Shown: piece by piece, positions 27,441 through 32,000 of the stretch
Layout: every line of letters starts with the position of its first letter
Numbering within the stretch: the first letter of the stretch is position 1
DNA from: Desulfocapsa sulfexigens DSM 10523
GTDB lineage: Bacteria; Desulfobacterota; Desulfobulbia; Desulfobulbales; Desulfocapsaceae
Assembly: GCF_000341395.1 (NCBI RefSeq)
Contig: NC_020304.1
Span: forward strand, 2,790,001-2,822,000
Direction: 5' to 3'
DNA: 32,000 nt
Position numbers and translations under genes: made by a program
The notes under the pieces: model-generated
Seen by the model: only the letters and a program-made list of their open reading frames with translations
What the model was told of the DNA's origin: nothing
The model's database searches: none

Positions 27441-28565
27441 CTATTGTTCTTTGAACTCTCTACTGTGTAGATGTTGCAGGAGTTGCTCCGGGCTATTGAT
27501 AAATTGCTCAACATCTTTGCTGAGAGCGAAGAATTCATCGTTAAACCCTGAGATAAGGTTACGCTGTTCCCATCGTGAAATGTAGTAGTCTATAAGTTCA
27601 GGGAGTTTTGAGTAAATGGTCTGTTCCGGCCACGGGTCAATAAATGAAGATCTTCTGAGTTTGCTGTTGTCCAGAGTCTGTGTTTTATAGAACTGGCTTA
27701 AGAACATAAGTTCTGCTGGCATTTTAGTGTAAATTCCAATCCTTAACAGTCCTTTGAGTAACCTTTTCAGAACAGCTGAGCCAAATTGTGCAACCGGGAG
27801 TGGCAGGAAGATATTTCTTGGTTTTTTGACGCCCAGAAAACTTTTTATTGTCTGGATCAGGTGTACAAGCTCAACAGGTTCTGAATCGACAAAATTATAG
27901 AATTCCCCGGTGAATTCATCGCGGTTGATGAGGGCATGGTGGATGAAGTATGGGACTTTTTCAGCATTGGAATAGGAGTGTTGAACTCCTTTAGCCGTTA
28001 AGAAAAGTGGCATTGCCTGATCGGCAATCGAGTGAAGCAGGCGATGGAAACCCTGGGTTTTGTGGTCGTGTTGTCCATAAACGATACCGAGCCTGATGGC
28101 TGTGAAATCGAGCCCTTCCTTCTCATACATATGCTGGAGTGTTCTCTCGCTCATGAGCTTTGACTTCGCGTAATTGGAAAGAGTCGGGCTAAGGTTAAGT
28201 TGTTGCTCCTCTGTGAGGAGTCTTCCCATGGGGAGAACAGCAGCTGAACTGATGTGAATATAAGGAATCTTGAGGTTAAGGGCAATCTTTGCCAGATTGA
28301 TACAGCCCAGATAATTGATTGTATAGGCGAGTTGTGGATCGGCGTCAATCGCTGCAATTGCGGAGTTAATTATAAAATCTGGCTTCCAGCGTCTGGTGTA
28401 GCGTTCTATGTCCTTTTTGCTGCCAAGGCTCATAGTTTTCGAATTAGGCGAAAGGATTTCAATGTTATTACCGCAGTACGATTTGAAATAATGGACCATG
28501 GTTCCACCAATCAGACCGGTACCGCCAACAATGATGCCCCGCTTTTTTTTTGATTGCCGTGTCAT
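27441..28565 (-). CDS. NAD(P)-dependent epimerase/dehydratase family (extended SDR) with a C-terminal extension
   Basis: GIIVGGTGLIGG Rossmann motif, SSAAV...YAKSK (Ser...YxxxK catalytic set), and about 100 extra C-terminal residues with no motif I recognise. Confidence 0.7.
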   Translation of the reverse strand: MTRQSKKKRGIIVGGTGLIGGTMVHYFKSYCGNNIEILSPNSKTMSLGSKKDIERYTRRWKPDFIINSAIAAIDADPQLAYTINYLGCINLAKIALNLKIPYIHISSAAVLPMGRLLTEEQQLNLSPTLSNYAKSKLMSERTLQHMYEKEGLDFTAIRLGIVYGQHDHKTQGFHRLLHSIADQAMPLFLTAKGVQHSYSNAEKVPYFIHHALINRDEFTGEFYNFVDSEPVELVHLIQTIKSFLGVKKPRNIFLPLPVAQFGSAVLKRLLKGLLRIGIYTKMPAELMFLSQFYKTQTLDNSKLRRSSFIDPWPEQTIYSKLPELIDYYISRWEQRNLISGFNDEFFALSKDVEQFINSPEQLLQHLHSREFKEQ

Positions 28566-28729
28566 TATGCTTTGAGTATCAGGTATCCTGAGTTACTGTC
28601 ATTGAAGAATGATGGGAACTGTTCCTGATCATCTCTTGTTTAACAGAAGAAAATTAAAAAAAACAGGTGAAAGGAATTAGTAAGCCTGCCATACCCATTT
28701 TTTATACACTGTACCCTACAGGATCAACA

Positions 28730-29413
28730 ATGAAAATCATGATCTGTTTTCTGGTTGTATTGTTTTTAGCTGCCCCTATCTTTGCCATGGATACTCCTCA
28801 GCAAACGAGAAGCTGTCATTGCTTCCAGGATAGAGTTTTTGATCCGGATCGAAAATTTGCTGCCGACAAGTACCTGCTTACCACCAGCTTTAACTCCTTT
28901 ATCTCTGCAAACTTTCATATTTCTAAAAGTCAGATTGTTATGATGAAAATGAAAGGGGGAGTGGATCCGGACGATCTACTTATCGGTCTTTTTGTCGCTC
29001 GGATTTGTGATGTAGAGGTCAACAGTCTACTGGCCATTTTGGACAGTGGTGGAACCTGGAAGCAGATCCTGACGTCTCGGAGTCTCAAAAAAAATGAAAA
29101 AAATAAAAATTTATTGAATACTCTTCTTGCTGCTATTGATACTGAAGAAGCGGCAGTGGAGGTGGTCACCGATCAGTTGGTAAAAGAATTTTTCAGAGTG
29201 TCGGATTTAGAGATTGCATCGTTACGTGAGGAAGGTGCAACAGGCCGTGAAATTGTACTTATTTACCTGATGGAGCGCTATGGGAAAACCGATGCGACCG
29301 CAGCTGATATCCTGAGTATGTACACCAAAAAGAAAATGAGCTGGGGAGAGATCGCCAGTTATTTTGGACTTACTCCTAAAGAGACCGGGAAACTTCTTCA
29401 GAATCAGGGTTGA
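28730..29413 (+). CDS. secreted hypothetical protein (signal peptide, CHC motif, duplicated helical module)
   Basis: ATG 28730 is preceded by AGGA. MKIMICFLVVLFLAAPIFA is a Sec signal peptide, and the mature protein starts MDTPQQTRSCHCFQDR. The track ORF begins 63 nt upstream at GTG, but that extension has no signal-peptide logic. Confidence 0.6.
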   Translation: MKIMICFLVVLFLAAPIFAMDTPQQTRSCHCFQDRVFDPDRKFAADKYLLTTSFNSFISANFHISKSQIVMMKMKGGVDPDDLLIGLFVARICDVEVNSLLAILDSGGTWKQILTSRSLKKNEKNKNLLNTLLAAIDTEEAAVEVVTDQLVKEFFRVSDLEIASLREEGATGREIVLIYLMERYGKTDATAADILSMYTKKKMSWGEIASYFGLTPKETGKLLQNQG

Positions 29414-29417
29414 GGAA

Positions 29418-30224
29418 TTACACCTGATCCAGCAGTTTTGTTCTGTGTAGATATTCTAGAGCGTGCCAAAGGTCGTCTTCGCTATGTGGTTCAAGAGTTA
29501 CCAGTGGATGAAGATTGTTTACCGCCAGGAAATCGAAAAGACCTTTGAAGTCGAATTTTCCCAGCCCCAGCCCCAGGTGCTGGTCTTTTTCTCCATTATT
29601 ATCATGAAGATGAAGCTGGCCCAACCAGGGAGAAAGTATGGGGAGCCAGTTCTGCCACGGTGTTTTAGCAAAACTCATAAGATGTCCCACATCAAGACAG
29701 AATCGTGCGTTTTCTGAATCTAATTTTGTAAGAACTGTTTCATGGGCATCGGGACTGGTTTCATAGGTGTTTTCAAGCATAAGAATGCAATCCTGCTCCG
29801 TTGCAATCCCGAGCAGTTCCTGCCAGGTTTCGGAAGCTGCCAGAAGCCACTCATTCCATTTGTACCCCTGTTTGTTTTCCTCAAAATTTAAATGGCAAAC
29901 CATGGATTTTGGCTGGAAAATAGTAATCAGCCGAGCTGCCTTTCTTAGTTTGTTGCGGCTGGCATCAAGGATTTTCGGATCCAGGGCTCCGGGAGCAAGG
30001 TCAAAAAAAGGTGCGTGGAGGGTACAGGAAAGTCTGTTATTCTTCAGTGTGTGGGCAATTTTTTTGAATTCATCCTCTGATTCTTCGTAGAGACAAAGAC
30101 CTTCCAGGCCAATTTCAGGTTGAATGCCATGTTGCAGAAAGAGATCAAGGTAGCGATTCTTTAACTCATACCAGGGGGCATTTACGAAACAGCGTGGGGT
30201 GATATGTTTGTATTTTGCTTCCAT
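29418..30224 (-). CDS. xylose isomerase-like TIM-barrel protein (sugar phosphate isomerase/epimerase; AP endonuclease 2 superfamily)
   Basis: The motif series is typical of this fold: TLHAPFFDL, ILMLENTYE, CLDVGH, HLHDNNG...DQHLGLGLG, and VTLEPH. ATG 30224 is 1 nt after the upstream stop. The alternative GTG 30236 would overlap the upstream gene by 11 nt. Confidence 0.72.
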   Translation of the reverse strand: MEAKYKHITPRCFVNAPWYELKNRYLDLFLQHGIQPEIGLEGLCLYEESEDEFKKIAHTLKNNRLSCTLHAPFFDLAPGALDPKILDASRNKLRKAARLITIFQPKSMVCHLNFEENKQGYKWNEWLLAASETWQELLGIATEQDCILMLENTYETSPDAHETVLTKLDSENARFCLDVGHLMSFAKTPWQNWLPILSPWLGQLHLHDNNGEKDQHLGLGLGKFDFKGLFDFLAVNNLHPLVTLEPHSEDDLWHALEYLHRTKLLDQV

Positions 30225-30225
30225 C

Positions 30226-31839
30226 TTAACGTTCACTCAGGTATTTGATCATTTGGCTCATACTTAATTTAATGCTCGAAGGTCCGGAGCGAATATAGAA
30301 ATCCTCCTGCCTGCCTATGGAAAGGAAGACAGGACGACGAACCCGTTCACATTCAACAATACAAATTGTTTTGTCTTTGATGATGGCAATTTTGAGATGA
30401 ATAAATCTGGTGAACTCTGCACCAATATGGGTGTTCAGTAGGTTTTTGAAGTGTAGTCGACACTTGTCTTCATTGTCAAAATTATCTGCCTCTGTGCCAA
30501 GAATTGTTCCGGAATCATCCACTCCGATGAGAAGAATCCCCCCATCGCTGTTCATAAATCCGACTACGGTTTTCAGCCATGCTACCTCAATTTCTTTTCC
30601 TGGTCTTCCGGAATTCAGGTTGGTTCGCATGGTGGATTTGAACTCAAGAGTGGTGGATTCACCGGCTCTGATGAGTGCTGCGACTTCAGTTTCATAGCTC
30701 TGAGTGTTTATATGCTGCTGTGGCAAATCCTTTAACTGATAGCTGTACTTTCGAACAAGAAGGACTGTCATTAGAACAGCAAGTAGAAAAATAGAGCCAA
30801 CAAGCAGAGCGAAGCGAATCCACTGCCGATGCAGGTCGGAAAAAATATCATCTGCAGGGATGATCACTGCGACCCAGATATCGGGGTTTGATTCGTGGAG
30901 CTGGCTAAAGCCAAGCCACCAGTTTTTTCCGCCATTCCTGATGGAGAGTGGTTGGGTGGTCTGTTGTCTGTTTGTTCTGAGCAGGGTTCCCACTGTACTG
31001 AGAAGTTGTTCTGAAAGACTGACTTCTTCGACAGAGGCGCTAACTATTTTGTTTAATCGGTCTTTTCCTGAACTATTCAAGGGTATTCCTTCTTTGTCGT
31101 AGAGTACAATACGGCCGTTAGGGGTAATCTGAAGGTCTTCCAGAAAGGTCATCAGGCTTTGTGTGGTGAAAGAAACACCTGAGACATGGTTACCGTCCTT
31201 GCTGTTACGTATCTTCCACTGAAGGCTTGCTGTGATGACAGTATCTCCAGTCGTTTTCTGAAGATAGGGTTCTGTCATGAAAAATTTGGTGCTGGAAGGG
31301 GTGAGCATGGCACCCTGGAACCAGTTAGCAGTGGACATGGTGTAGCGTCTTTCGTTTACGGTCTCCTGGCCTTCAATCTTTCCGTCAACAAGGCGGGAGG
31401 TTGTGGCGTTACTTTTGTGGGATTCATCTACAAGCCATTCGTCATTGTGGTGAGAGAGTTGGAAACAGTTTTCGTTTGTATCGGCGATGGATATGGAATG
31501 GATGGTTTGTTGAATTTCCATAAGTGCCTGGAACTGGCTGGCGAGAATCTCAGGAGTCTGCATGTTGAACAGCCCGGCTTCCCCCCATTTTCCCAGTATT
31601 CTTAAAATATTTGTAAGTGGATCTGTATAAGATTGGAAATGTGCTGCGACCAGAAGGTTAGCCTTGCCTATAATAGAGGTTGAAACCTCACGCTGGGTTT
31701 TAACACCCTGGAGCATCACTATGGTGAGAATGGCACCGGATATAACGAAAAGGATAAGCAGGATATCACGAAGAAGACGTCTTTTGATATTTCGTGGACA
31801 TCCCCGTATCAGGCCGGAAAGTGTTGAAAATATAGGCAT
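30226..31839 (-). CDS. membrane protein: TM, periplasmic Cache-like sensor, TM, cytoplasmic AlbA_2 (Schlafen-type) domain
   Basis: TM1 at aa ~24-44 and TM2 at aa ~340-362. Between them is a Cache-like pattern (NWFQGA...TEPYLQKTTGDTVITASL...GVSFTTQSLMTFLEDLQITPNGRIVLYDKEG). After TM2 comes AALIRAGESTTLEFKST...VVGFMNSDGGILLIGVDDSGTILG...FYIRSGPSS, which matches the AlbA_2 hallmark (E-x4-EFK ... GG-hhhhG-V-D-D-G). Confidence 0.7.
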   Translation of the reverse strand: MPIFSTLSGLIRGCPRNIKRRLLRDILLILFVISGAILTIVMLQGVKTQREVSTSIIGKANLLVAAHFQSYTDPLTNILRILGKWGEAGLFNMQTPEILASQFQALMEIQQTIHSISIADTNENCFQLSHHNDEWLVDESHKSNATTSRLVDGKIEGQETVNERRYTMSTANWFQGAMLTPSSTKFFMTEPYLQKTTGDTVITASLQWKIRNSKDGNHVSGVSFTTQSLMTFLEDLQITPNGRIVLYDKEGIPLNSSGKDRLNKIVSASVEEVSLSEQLLSTVGTLLRTNRQQTTQPLSIRNGGKNWWLGFSQLHESNPDIWVAVIIPADDIFSDLHRQWIRFALLVGSIFLLAVLMTVLLVRKYSYQLKDLPQQHINTQSYETEVAALIRAGESTTLEFKSTMRTNLNSGRPGKEIEVAWLKTVVGFMNSDGGILLIGVDDSGTILGTEADNFDNEDKCRLHFKNLLNTHIGAEFTRFIHLKIAIIKDKTICIVECERVRRPVFLSIGRQEDFYIRSGPSSIKLSMSQMIKYLSER

Positions 31840-31844
31840 AGTGA

Positions 31845-31859
31845 TTGTTTCGTAAACAA
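31845..31859 (-). promoter_or_regulatory. 6-3-6 perfect inverted repeat in the leader of the Cache-AlbA_2 gene
   Basis: TTGTTT CGT AAACAA at 31845-31859, 6 nt upstream of ATG 31839. No Shine-Dalgarno is recognisable in that leader. Confidence 0.3.
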
Positions 31860-31896
31860 ACAGATTGGCAGAGAAAACCTTAACAGGTTCAGGAAA

Positions 31897-32000
31897 CTAT
31901 TCCAGCTCACTGGTGCATAAGCGCAGGGAGATATAGCCAGCGATCCCTGCAAACAGCGATGCCGCAAGAATACCAATTTTTGCATTGAGCAGATGCTGTG
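31897..32000 (-). CDS. 3' end of an unidentified membrane-protein gene (runs off the window)
   Basis: The minus-strand frame is open from the window edge to TAG (31899-31897). It encodes ...QHLLNAKIGILAASLFAGIAGYISLRLCTSELE*, a hydrophobic helix-like C-terminus. It is too short to identify. Confidence 0.3.
   Translation of the reverse strand, partial: QHLLNAKIGILAASLFAGIAGYISLRLCTSELE

Noticed and set aside
1-32000. CRISPR arrays, tRNA/rRNA genes, IS elements, prophage or integron signatures
   Set aside because: No regularly spaced direct repeats, no cloverleaf-like or rRNA-like conserved stretches in the intergenic regions, and no transposase or phage-like ORFs were seen. The only recombinase is the housekeeping-type xerC next to hslVU. 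This is visual inspection only, so a short or degenerate element could have been missed.

Overview
The window is bacterial chromosomal DNA at roughly 45-50% GC by eye. Gene content suggests a sulfate-reducer-like deltaproteobacterium (Desulfobacterota), but that is a low-confidence guess. About 26 kb (nt 1-26200) is a dense housekeeping block. It runs rho (3' part), rpmE, prfA-prmC-murA, a multi-TM PAS histidine kinase with an NtrC-type sigma-54 activator, a small GIY-YIG protein, tatC (split by a frameshift in a T9 run), class II fructose-bisphosphate aldolase, a UDP-glucuronate-4-epimerase-like SDR, xseB-ispA-dxs, xerC-hslV-hslU plus a double zinc-ribbon protein, and then a tightly packed minus-strand string. 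That string is motB-like, motA-like, an exported pentapeptide-repeat protein, dnaE and a GGDEF diguanylate cyclase. The last ~5.6 kb (26300-31900) looks accessory. It appears AT-richer in hand-counted samples and carries five poorly characterised genes: a cytoplasmic zinc-phospholipase-C/S1-P1-fold protein, an extended SDR, a secreted protein with a CHC motif and an internal duplication, a xylose-isomerase-like TIM-barrel (AP endonuclease 2 superfamily) protein, and a membrane protein. That membrane protein joins a periplasmic Cache-like sensor directly to a cytoplasmic AlbA_2/Schlafen-type domain, and its gene is translationally coupled to the TIM-barrel gene. This pair is my best candidate for an undescribed system. 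I found no rRNA, tRNA, CRISPR array, transposase or integrase other than xerC. All calls rest on reading the translated ORFs and the sequence by eye; no searches were run.
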